IMG/VR virus record: IMGVR_UViG_3300029305_001452
Location: 32,001-96,000 of that record
DNA from: a virus
Taxonomy: Duplodnaviria; Caudoviricetes
DNA length: 64,000 nucleotides
Strand: one strand, 5' to 3'
A model generated the notes under the pieces. It had not been told where the DNA came from. It did no database searches and saw only the letters and a program-made list of their open reading frames with translations. Shown one piece after another: positions 49,947 to 57,918 of the stretch; position 1 is the first letter of the stretch, and each line of letters starts with the position of its first letter. The position numbers and the translations under genes were made by a program.

Positions 49947-50023
49947 GGTTCCATAGTTCAGTTGGTTAGAACCCCCGGCTCATAACCGGGTTGTCCTCTG
50001 TTCGAGTCAGAGTGGAACCACCA
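49947..50023 (+). tRNA. tRNA(CAU), Ile2- or Met-type
   Basis: cloverleaf; CCCGG-CTCATAA-CCGGG; CCA. Confidence 0.85.
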
Positions 50024-50028
50024 AATAT

Positions 50029-50104
50029 GATCCGTTAGCTCAGTTGGTAGAGCACCAGACTTTTAATCTGGGTGTCTTGGGTTCAAATCCCAAACGGGTC
50101 ACCA
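50029..50104 (+). tRNA. tRNA-Lys(UUU)
   Basis: cloverleaf; CT-TTT-AA loop; CCA. Confidence 0.92.
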
Positions 50105-50110
50105 TGATAT

Positions 50111-50186
50111 GCCTCCTTAGCTCAGTTGGTAGAGCAACGGACTGTTAATCCGTGTGTCGCAGGTTCGAGACCTGCAGGAGGCGCCA
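50111..50186 (+). tRNA. tRNA-Asn(GUU)
   Basis: cloverleaf; CT-GTT-AA loop; CCA. Confidence 0.92.
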
Positions 50187-50262
50187 ACTCCGTTCGATTA
50201 ATCGGAAAAGTCAACATCGTCCGAAGATGTAGAAATCGGATCATAACCGATACGGAGTTCCA
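50187..50262 (+). tRNA. non-canonical tRNA-like RNA, anticodon CCG (Arg)
   Basis: ACTCCGT/ACGGAGT, ACATC-GTCCGAA-GATGT, ATCGG-ATCATAA-CCGAT, TCCA end. Confidence 0.55.
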
Positions 50263-50424
50263 GTTAAGTTAGTTATCTGCGCAGATATGACACCTCCCAG
50301 GTTATGGCGGCTGACCTTATTTAAAAAATAAAAGCCACTCAATAGACGGTGATAATGCTTGCTAGCGGCAAAACAACCGTCTAACATATCTTCCAGTAGC
50401 TCAGTTGAATAGAGCAACGGTCTT

Positions 50425-51042
50425 TGAAGTAAAAGGAGCTTTCTATGTGGAATATTCAAAAGATTGTGAGCAAAGGTGATTATAATTACGCTGTTGTACC
50501 AGAACATCCAAATCGTACAAAAAATAACTATGTTTTGGAACATAGAGTCGTAATGGAAAATTACCTTGGTAGACTTTTGAATAATGATGAGGTTGTGCAT
50601 CATATAAACGGCAATAAAAAAGATAACAGAATTGAAAATTTAGAGGTATTTTCTAACGAAGAACATGCAAAACTACATGGTGCTAGAGTTGGTCATAAAA
50701 TGGTAATGCTAAAATGTCCTTGGTGTCAGAAAGTATTTTCAATTGAAAAAAGACAATCTTTTTTAGATAAGCATAATAAATATCAATGCAACTGCTGTTC
50801 TAATGAATGTCGTGGTAAATTATATAGCAGCATACAACATCATGGATTAACCGTAGATTTGCAGGAAGCTATATCGGAAAATCTCTTAGCGGAATATATT
50901 GAATATATTGACGAAGACAATTCCGAGGAAACCCTCTCACAATGGGGATCCGTAGAGACTATACGCTTCCCATCTGAAATGATGATGATATAGTCCAGAC
51001 TACAACATATAAATTATGGCTATGGAAACATAGAGTAGTAAG
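50425..51042 (+). mobile_element. group I intron in the tRNA-Arg anticodon
   Basis: exon ends in U and intron ends in G; GAGACTATACG and GATATAGTCC core-like motifs. Confidence 0.8.
50445..50993 (+). CDS. intron-encoded HNH homing endonuclease
   Basis: HRVVME...VHHINGNKKDNRIENL. Confidence 0.88.
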   Translation: MWNIQKIVSKGDYNYAVVPEHPNRTKNNYVLEHRVVMENYLGRLLNNDEVVHHINGNKKDNRIENLEVFSNEEHAKLHGARVGHKMVMLKCPWCQKVFSIEKRQSFLDKHNKYQCNCCSNECRGKLYSSIQHHGLTVDLQEAISENLLAEYIEYIDEDNSEETLSQWGSVETIRFPSEMMMI

Positions 51043-51088
51043 CTAAACCGTAGGTCACAGGTTTGAGTCCTGTCTGGAAGACCAATAT

Positions 51089-51166
51089 GGCCCAGTAGAC
51101 AAGTTGGATACAGTCACCAGCCTTTCACGCTGGAATTCGAGGGTTCAAATCCCTCCTGGGTCACCA
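51089..51166 (+). tRNA. tRNA-Glu(UUC)
   Basis: cloverleaf; CT-TTC-AC loop; CCA. Confidence 0.88.
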
Positions 51167-51171
51167 AATAT

Positions 51172-51248
51172 GGCTCCGTAGTTCAGATGGTTAGAATGCC
51201 AGCCTGTCACGCTGGAGGTCGTCGGTTCGAAACCGATCGGAGTCGCCA
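51172..51248 (+). tRNA. tRNA-Asp(GUC)
   Basis: cloverleaf; CT-GTC-AC loop; CCA. Confidence 0.92.
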
Positions 51249-51366
51249 AGTAAGTGATACTTAAATACTGCCTCAAAGGATTAGCCTTTCAGGAGACGGT
51301 GCCTGCACCGACTCTGTTTACTGGTGTAGATGCCGAAGTACAAGGTGCAGTAGCCAGCAATAATAT

Positions 51367-51442
51367 GCGGTAGTAGTTCAATTGGTGGAGCCCCAGATTT
51401 CCAATCTGGCTGCTGCGAGTTCGAGTCTCGTCTACCGCTCCA
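51367..51442 (+). tRNA. tRNA-Gly(UCC)
   Basis: cloverleaf; TT-TCC-AA loop; TCCA. Confidence 0.88.
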
Positions 51443-51619
51443 GTAGAGAGAGTCTACTTAAAAGGTCAGCAACAAGATTGTCTGACGCAACGTTGAAACA
51501 AATAGTCCGGGCCAACTTCGGTTATTTGTGGAGTTCATTGAGGGTTTGATGCCATCCACAAGTTGGCTAGACAAAAGTCGAAAGAAAAGCATCAGTCTAC
51601 GAAACGGAGGATATTGCCT

Positions 51620-51667
51620 ATGATTGAATGCGTAAAATCCAGCAAGGAGGAAACTCCTCCAGCATAG
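51620..51667 (+). CDS. candidate 15-aa micropeptide MIECVKSSKEETPPA
   Basis: GGAGG RBS; paralog at 54836. Confidence 0.45.
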   Translation: MIECVKSSKEETPPA

Positions 51668-51709
51668 TAGCGGGTTTCGCCGTTCCCACCAAAAACGGCG
51701 AGTTAATAT

Positions 51710-51798
51710 GGCGGGTTAATTCGGACGGCTCCGAACCTTGTCTTGAAAACAAGTGGTACCAGGGATGGTATGGGGATCGACACCTCAGCCCGTCGCCA
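51710..51798 (+). tRNA. tRNA-Ser(UGA), atypical D and T loops
   Basis: CTTGT-CTTGAAA-ACAAG; long variable arm; GCCA. Confidence 0.75.
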
Positions 51799-51803
51799 TA
51801 TAT

Positions 51804-51893
51804 GGAGAGTTACCCAAGTGGTCAAGGGGGCAGTTTGCTAAACTGCTAGGGGTTTAAAAGCCCGCGAGAGTTCGACCCTCTCACTCTCCGCCA
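51804..51893 (+). tRNA. tRNA-Ser(GCU)
   Basis: cloverleaf with long variable arm; TT-GCT-AA loop; GCCA. Confidence 0.9.
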
Positions 51894-52007
51894 TACCCCG
51901 TACATACCTGGGGTTGCATCGTGTATAAGTCTCGCATAACACTACTTATCTTGTGATGAGTTGACTGAATAAAGGTGTTATTTATCTTAAAGAAAGGAAA
52001 ATATAAA

Positions 52008-52247
52008 ATGAGACTAAAGAGCATTAATGAAGTTAATGATTTTCTAGCAGTAGTTGACTCTTGCAACGGTGATGTTTGGCTAGAATCTCAGTATGGTGAT
52101 AGATTTAATCTAAAGTCAAAACTGTCACAGTATGTTGCTATTGGCGCACTACTAAGTGATAGTCAGGAAGAACTAGAATTGTTCTGCTCTAAGGAAGACG
52201 AAGATAAGTTCTTTTCTTATTTTAGAGAGCATCCTGGTGTGAATTAA
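52008..52247 (+). CDS. HPr-fold-like small protein
   Basis: F..VVDSCNGDVWL...FNLKS pattern; AAGGA RBS. Confidence 0.55.
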   Translation: MRLKSINEVNDFLAVVDSCNGDVWLESQYGDRFNLKSKLSQYVAIGALLSDSQEELELFCSKEDEDKFFSYFREHPGVN

Positions 52248-52261
52248 GTAACACCATATAT

Positions 52262-52336
52262 AGCCCCGTGGCCAAGCGGCAAGGCGAAGGACTTTGACTC
52301 CTTTATTCACTGGTTCGAATCCAGTCGGGGCTGCCA
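52262..52336 (+). tRNA. tRNA-Gln(UUG)
   Basis: cloverleaf; CT-TTG-AC loop; CCA. Confidence 0.9.
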
Positions 52337-52340
52337 TAAC

Positions 52341-52414
52341 GGAGGATGTGGTGTAATGGTAGCACGCGAGTCTTGGGGTCTTGAAGCGCAGTTCGAATCT
52401 GACATCTTCCACCA
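52341..52414 (+). tRNA. tRNA-Pro(UGG), irregular stems
   Basis: GGAGGATG/CATCTTCC; CT-TGG-GG loop; short T stem; ACCA. Confidence 0.65.
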
Positions 52415-52525
52415 CAAAAAATAATTTGTCAAACCTCTTGACAAATCGCAAAATATATGATATAATCCAGACACTTAAAAGAAAACAACACAAAATTAAT
52501 GGATGAATGAACGAGGTGATGAAGC

Positions 52526-53329
52526 TTGATGGAATATTATACAAGCTCATCTGAACAAATTCGACAAGATACATGTGATGAGGTAGAATATGTAGAAATT
52601 AAAAATCCATTTGGTTTTATTTATATTACAACTAATTTGATAAATGGTAAAAGATATATTGGACAAAGAAAGTTTTCTGATGGGTGGACAACATATCTTG
52701 GAAGTGGAAAGAGATTTAAAACGGCTCTGAAAAAATATGGTAGAAAAAATTTTGTTAGATTAATAGTTGATATAGGCTATTCTCGTGAAGAACTAAATGA
52801 TAAAGAAATTAGTATAATAAAATTTTTAAATGCCGTTGATAGCAGAAATTTTTATAATATATCAGAAGGCGGAGAGATAAAAGGCAAAAGTGGAAAAGAT
52901 GCATACTGGTATAATAAAAAAATTCCACAAGAAAGCATAGAAAAGGCAAATTTAAAAAGATATAAACCTGTTTACCAGTTCGACTTAAATGGTAATTTTA
53001 TTAAGCGTTATGAGTCCGTAACACATGCTGCAAAAGAAAATAATCTTAGCAAACAAGGAATAAGTAAGTCGTGTAATGATGATAGTAAAACATGCGGTGG
53101 TTATTTTTGGTCATACAGTGACAATATTGGCTTAAGAAAATATGATCCTACCAAAAATCATAAACCAGATGAAGTATATCAATATGATTATGATGGTAAG
53201 AAATTAATTAATATTTATATATCTGCAAAAGAGGCAAGCGAAAAAACTGGAATAGCTACATACAATATATATGCTTGTCTTTCTGGTAAGAGAAAACATG
53301 CTGGAAATTTTACTTGGAAAAAGGAGTAA
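52526..53329 (+). CDS. free-standing GIY-YIG homing endonuclease with NUMOD1-like repeats
   Basis: FIYITTNLINGKRYIGQ, YLGSG; two VYQ(F/Y)D..G...A...C...G..W repeats. Confidence 0.85.
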   Translation: MMEYYTSSSEQIRQDTCDEVEYVEIKNPFGFIYITTNLINGKRYIGQRKFSDGWTTYLGSGKRFKTALKKYGRKNFVRLIVDIGYSREELNDKEISIIKFLNAVDSRNFYNISEGGEIKGKSGKDAYWYNKKIPQESIEKANLKRYKPVYQFDLNGNFIKRYESVTHAAKENNLSKQGISKSCNDDSKTCGGYFWSYSDNIGLRKYDPTKNHKPDEVYQYDYDGKKLINIYISAKEASEKTGIATYNIYACLSGKRKHAGNFTWKKE

Positions 53330-53336
53330 TTAAATT

Positions 53337-53993
53337 ATGAGTACAAAAGAAACATGCACTATCCACAAGGCACTTTCCGAACTGAAGACTATTGATGACC
53401 GTATCATCAAGGCCATCCGTAGTAACACCTATGTACTAGCTGTTAAGCATTCAGCAGAGAAGATTAACGGTGTGAAGGTTGACACCTGCAAGGAGAATAT
53501 GAAGAGTGGCTATCAGAAGGTTACCGACCTAATAGCTCGTCGTGTTGCAATGAAGAGAGCAGTTGTTCTTTCCAATGCAACCACTAAGGTTAAGGTTGGC
53601 AATAACGAATACACCGTGGCCGAGGCAATTGAGATGAAGAATCACGGTATGGAGTTCAAGAAGACTCTACTACAGTATCTATATACTGCATATGGTTCTG
53701 CTCAGAACGAGTTCAATAAGAACAACGATGAGGCACTTGAAAAGAAGGCAGAGCAGTATGTTCTCGCAGTGATTGCTGCACAGCCCAAGGACTCTAAGAT
53801 GTCTGTTGATAGCGAAGCAATGAAGGCACTTCGTAAGACATACATCGAGAACAACACTTATGATTTGCTTGATCCTCTGAATGTAGCTAAGATCATGGAA
53901 GAACTTGATTCTGAAATCAACGAGTTTGAAGCTGAAATTGATGCAGCACTGTCTGTTTCCAACGCACTAACTGTGATTGAGTTCGAGTATTAA
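53337..53993 (+). CDS. helical/coiled-coil protein (DIP1984/septicolysin-like)
   Basis: TIHKALSELK..D.RI, SNATT.V....YTVAEAI, EIDAALS.SNALTVIEF. Confidence 0.6.
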   Translation: MSTKETCTIHKALSELKTIDDRIIKAIRSNTYVLAVKHSAEKINGVKVDTCKENMKSGYQKVTDLIARRVAMKRAVVLSNATTKVKVGNNEYTVAEAIEMKNHGMEFKKTLLQYLYTAYGSAQNEFNKNNDEALEKKAEQYVLAVIAAQPKDSKMSVDSEAMKALRKTYIENNTYDLLDPLNVAKIMEELDSEINEFEAEIDAALSVSNALTVIEFEY

Positions 53994-54000
53994 TTAATCT

Positions 54001-54418
54001 GCTTGCTGCTTTTCGAAAACCTTAAACGACTACTTATCTCTTCTTTTTTAATCATTTAGAGTGATATTAATAAGTTAAATAAAATGATTACTAAACAACT
54101 TTATGTACTTGAAATACATAAAACTCTTTGCCTAAGGGTTATAAATAATAAAAGATATGATAAATTAAGATGATCATATAATTATTAATTAATTGTAACT
54201 GTAAAGCTTAAAGTTAAAAATTCAAGACTTAAGGTTCAAGGATCAAAGTTTTATTTTGGTCAAAGGTCGTTTATTAAAGTAGTAAAGAGGGCTAAGAAGT
54301 TATAAATAATTGAATATTATGCGGAGCCCACAAAGTTTTACAAAATCCACGGTTAAAGGTTTGGGTGAGTGGTCAAGGCCCAAAGGTGAGCCTCGTGGCT
54401 GGAAAGTAGCAAGCACCA
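54001..54418 (+). ncRNA. candidate large structured RNA
   Basis: 14-bp closing stem 54001-54014/54401-54414 followed by ACCA; internal stems; seven heptamer repeats. Confidence 0.55.
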
Positions 54419-54549
54419 GATAAAAATAATAAATGTTGAGTAGTGAGTATAAAGCCATATTGAGTATGCCACAACGTACAAACTCAAGAAAACAGTGAAG
54501 AGCTGGATAACCTTCTGTACAAAGGTTGAATTGAGAGTGGCAGAGTTTA

Positions 54550-54625
54550 GTCCAAAGATGGTGTAAGGGTAGCACACAGAAGGGTAGGCCGGCGAGGTAC
54601 TGTTCGAATCAGTTGAGGGCGACCA
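54550..54625 (+). pseudogene. degenerate tRNA
   Basis: D arm GTGT/GCAC, T arm ACTG-TTCGAAT-CAGT and ACCA end retained; acceptor and anticodon stems broken. Confidence 0.5.
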
Positions 54626-54835
54626 AAAAGAAAACTCTTAAAAGTACAGAGATATGAAAAAACGATGTAACAAATGAGAACTTGGTCGGTAGAGATTAAT
54701 GATTAAAGATAGACCGTTGGTGAGTCATGCGCAGACAAATCCAACCATCGTTCCCATAGATGAAATTTCTATGGCTCAATGAATTACAAATAACATACGA
54801 AAGTGTGTTAAATAATCCAAAGGAGGACTTTGCCT

Positions 54836-54883
54836 ATGATTGCATTCGCTAAATCCACCTCGGAGGATACTCCAATCGGCTGA
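54836..54883 (+). CDS. candidate 15-aa micropeptide MIAFAKSTSEDTPIG
   Basis: AAGGAGG RBS; paralog at 51620. Confidence 0.45.
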   Translation: MIAFAKSTSEDTPIG

Positions 54884-54922
54884 TTGGGTTCCTGGGGCAA
54901 GAACTGAAACTGCCCCTCATAT

Positions 54923-55000
54923 TGCGGAGTAGACAAGAGGTCTAAGTCGCCAGCCTCATAAGCTGGAAATCGTTGGTTCGAATCCAACCTCACGCAACCA
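54923..55000 (+). tRNA. tRNA-Met(CAU), initiator-like
   Basis: CCAGC-CTCATAA-GCTGG; bulged acceptor; ACCA. Confidence 0.8.
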
Positions 55001-55003
55001 CAT

Positions 55004-55093
55004 GCCGCAGTGGTGGAATAGGTAGACACCCGGGACTTAAAATCCCGTGAGGCTAAACCCCTCGTACCGGTTCGACCCCGGTCTGCGGCACCA
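55004..55093 (+). tRNA. tRNA-Leu(UAA)
   Basis: class II cloverleaf; CT-TAA-AA loop; ACCA. Confidence 0.92.
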
Positions 55094-55147
55094 CCTGAAC
55101 AAATGGCATCGTGTTATGTGTGGCTGACCAACCTTAAGGTCATATAT

Positions 55148-55223
55148 GCCCCAGTAGCTCAACTGGCAGAGTACTTGATTTGTAATCAAGATGTTGCAGG
55201 TTCAACTCCTGTCTGGGGCTCCA
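55148..55223 (+). tRNA. tRNA-Thr(UGU)
   Basis: cloverleaf; TT-TGT-AA loop; TCCA. Confidence 0.92.
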
Positions 55224-55348
55224 TACTAAAAACAAATCCTGTCGGCAACACTAGAATTATAAATAAGCTAAAGTGCAAGGTTCATGCCCTAGAAAATTAA
55301 ATATAGCTACTAGACAGCATGCCACATCCCGTGCTTCTGTCACTATAA

Positions 55349-55379
55349 GGCACCGGGCAAAACTCGGTGCTATTTTTTT
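55349..55379 (+). terminator. terminator of the tRNA region
   Basis: GCACCGGG-CAAAA-CTCGGTGC plus T7. Confidence 0.75.
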
Positions 55380-55461
55380 ACAATTTAGGCCTTGACAAAC
55401 TTAAATTAATGCGTTATATTAACAGTACAAAATTAATATTAAATAAAGGAGACATAATTAA

Positions 55462-57894
55462 ATGACAGAAAAGATTACAATGATAGAACTCTTCTCTGGT
55501 GTTGGAGCACAGGAAAGAGCACTACGGCAACTTAACATTCCATATGAGGTGACTCATACTTGTGATCTAGACAAAGATGCGGTTCTTAGTTATGCTGCAA
55601 TGAGAACCGACTTTGAAAATGAATTTAACTCTTATAATTTCCCATCCGTAGAAGATATGATTTCAGAATTGCAGAGTAAAAATGTTGGCTATGACTTTAT
55701 GAAGGGCAAGCACACCATTACAACTCGTACATCTGTTAACAAGTTGAAGCAATATTATCTTGCGGATAAATTATCCAAAAATCTTGGAGATATCGGAAAG
55801 ATTGAAAGACTTCCTTATGCTGATATGGTTACTTACTCTTTCCCTTGTACTGATTTATCCGTGGCTGGCAAGGGTGAGGGTATGCAGAACAAGTGTGAAT
55901 CTTGTGGTCATTCTTGGCCTATTGACTTTAGTAGTTCCGAAGAGGTACTAGTCTGCCCTAATTGTGGTGAAAATGTGTCTTCTAGCACTCGTTCTGGTTT
56001 GCTAGGGCAGGTTCAGAGACTTCTATCTGTTGCTTATGAGAATAACGAATTGCCTAAGTATCTTCTTCTTGAGAATGTAAAGAATCTTGTTGGCAAGAAA
56101 TTTGTTAATCAGTTCGATGCTTGGGTTAAGTGGCTTGACGGCATTGGTTATAATACATATTATCAAGTACTTAATGCGAAGCACTACGGTATCCCTCAGA
56201 ATCGTGAGCGTATCTTTGCACTTTCTATTCGTAAGGACATTGATAATGGTGAATTTAAGTTCCCAAATAAAATTCCTCTTAATATTCGCTTAAAGAATAT
56301 TCTGGAAAAGAATGTTGATGAGAAGTATTATTTACCAGATGAGCGTATTGATAAAATTCTAAACTCAACATTTATTCAAGAAAAGAAACGTATTCAAATG
56401 AAGGATGTGTGCGATACACTTCTTGCACGAGACTGGAAAGATCCTAAGTGCGTACAGGTGGAAGGCGATACAAGTCCTATTAGGTTAGGTAATATTTATG
56501 ATGAGAAGTTTGGCACCGGTTATGCTGGAAATGTATGGGATAAAAATGGCATATCTCCAACTCTTCAGACGGCACAAGGCGGCAATAGACAGCCGTTGGT
56601 TATTGACGAAGTCAAAGTAGAGCCGTTCATCGTAGCTTCTCGTGGTAGAAATCCAGACAATCCTTCTGATAGAACTACTGGAGCGCCCACAGAGCAAAGA
56701 CTTGAGCCGAATTTTAGTGGTTGCACAAATACTCTTACATCCGTGCAAAAGGATAATTATGTTGCAGAACCTCAGGTGCTTCGTGCTGAAAGAACTGAAT
56801 ACGGTAAGGCCATTCGTAAGCAATATGAATCTGGAGAAGTCTATGAAAAGATTAGCAATATGAGAGAATTGACTCCTCGGACAGATGGTGTTAGTAATAC
56901 TATTACCACCTTATTAAAGGACAACTATGTTTATGAGCCTCAAGTTAAGAATGTAGGTAATATTTATCCGTCTAATGGTCAGAATGGTAATATTTATGAT
57001 ATTGACGGTATTAGCCCAACTATCAATGCGGGTACTGGTGTTAAGGGTTGTGGCATTGGTAGCAATAATGCTCCTAAGGTCATCGTGCCAGAATTATTAA
57101 ATGGCAATTGTGCATATGAGCCACAGATGGTTATTGGAAGTATGCAAGCAAATTCATATATTGGTGATTGTAGCATTAGTCCATCTCTTACAGCTGCCAT
57201 GGGAATGGGTGGCGGTCAGATACCTATGGTTGGTTATGTTACAAAAGATCCTATTATATACGATGATTATAATAGTCGTATTAGTTCTGACCAGGATGCT
57301 ATCAACACACTTACTACCAACTGCGGTGCATCTGCTGAAAGAAATGGCGTTAAGATTATTGAACCGATTGTTTGTGAAGAGCGTAGGGATGAGGGTATCC
57401 GTTTCTTTAAGGACGATTGTGTTGGCACACTAAGAACTATTGATGCATGTGGTGACAAAAGAGTTCTTGAGCCTGAGCCTCAACTAGAGTTTGTTGGTGG
57501 ATTGGGTGAAAAGGATTGGGTTAAAGACGGTAAAATGTTAAGTCGTAACTACCCTCAAGGCTCCAGTGTTTATTCCTCTGATGGAATCGCCTCTGCGTTA
57601 ACTGCACAAGGTGTTGGTGGAGCTGGTGGTTATAGTGGATTATATACGGTAGAGGAAGAGCCTAAAAATATTAAGTGGCGCATTCGTAAGCTTACCCCTA
57701 AGGAGTGTTGGCGTTTAATGGGCTTTACAGATGAAGACCACGATAGAGCGTCAAAATATGTAAGTGCCTCTTCTCTATATAAGCAAGCTGGTAATTCTAT
57801 TTGTACTTGTTGCCTAATTGCAATTTTTAATGCGCTATTCCTACACGATTACAGTACTTCTTATTGTGATAAGCTAGTAGATTATAATTCTTAA
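55462..57894 (+). CDS. DNA (cytosine-5) methyltransferase, multispecific type
   Basis: ELFSGVG, FPC, ENV, QNRER, RKLTPKEC and QAGNS motifs; very long variable region with repeated TRD-like units. Confidence 0.92.
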   Translation: MTEKITMIELFSGVGAQERALRQLNIPYEVTHTCDLDKDAVLSYAAMRTDFENEFNSYNFPSVEDMISELQSKNVGYDFMKGKHTITTRTSVNKLKQYYLADKLSKNLGDIGKIERLPYADMVTYSFPCTDLSVAGKGEGMQNKCESCGHSWPIDFSSSEEVLVCPNCGENVSSSTRSGLLGQVQRLLSVAYENNELPKYLLLENVKNLVGKKFVNQFDAWVKWLDGIGYNTYYQVLNAKHYGIPQNRERIFALSIRKDIDNGEFKFPNKIPLNIRLKNILEKNVDEKYYLPDERIDKILNSTFIQEKKRIQMKDVCDTLLARDWKDPKCVQVEGDTSPIRLGNIYDEKFGTGYAGNVWDKNGISPTLQTAQGGNRQPLVIDEVKVEPFIVASRGRNPDNPSDRTTGAPTEQRLEPNFSGCTNTLTSVQKDNYVAEPQVLRAERTEYGKAIRKQYESGEVYEKISNMRELTPRTDGVSNTITTLLKDNYVYEPQVKNVGNIYPSNGQNGNIYDIDGISPTINAGTGVKGCGIGSNNAPKVIVPELLNGNCAYEPQMVIGSMQANSYIGDCSISPSLTAAMGMGGGQIPMVGYVTKDPIIYDDYNSRISSDQDAINTLTTNCGASAERNGVKIIEPIVCEERRDEGIRFFKDDCVGTLRTIDACGDKRVLEPEPQLEFVGGLGEKDWVKDGKMLSRNYPQGSSVYSSDGIASALTAQGVGGAGGYSGLYTVEEEPKNIKWRIRKLTPKECWRLMGFTDEDHDRASKYVSASSLYKQAGNSICTCCLIAIFNALFLHDYSTSYCDKLVDYNS

Positions 57895-57918
57895 CAATAC
57901 AAAATTAATGGAGGACTA

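Larger units (their letters stand above)
50390..51084 (+). tRNA. tRNA-Arg(UCU), intron-split (exons 50390-50424 and 51043-51084)
   Basis: joined exons give ACGGT-CTTCTAA-ACCGT and CTTCCAG/CTGGAAG-ACCA. Confidence 0.85.

Noticed and set aside
49445-49954. Antisense and in-cluster ORFs overlapping tRNAs (also 51628, 52173, 54808, 55103)
   Set aside because: They overlap clear tRNA cloverleaves and are spurious.
54001-54418. tmRNA
   Set aside because: The size and CCA end fit, but there is no GGGG 5' end, alanine-type acceptor, T loop or tag ORF.
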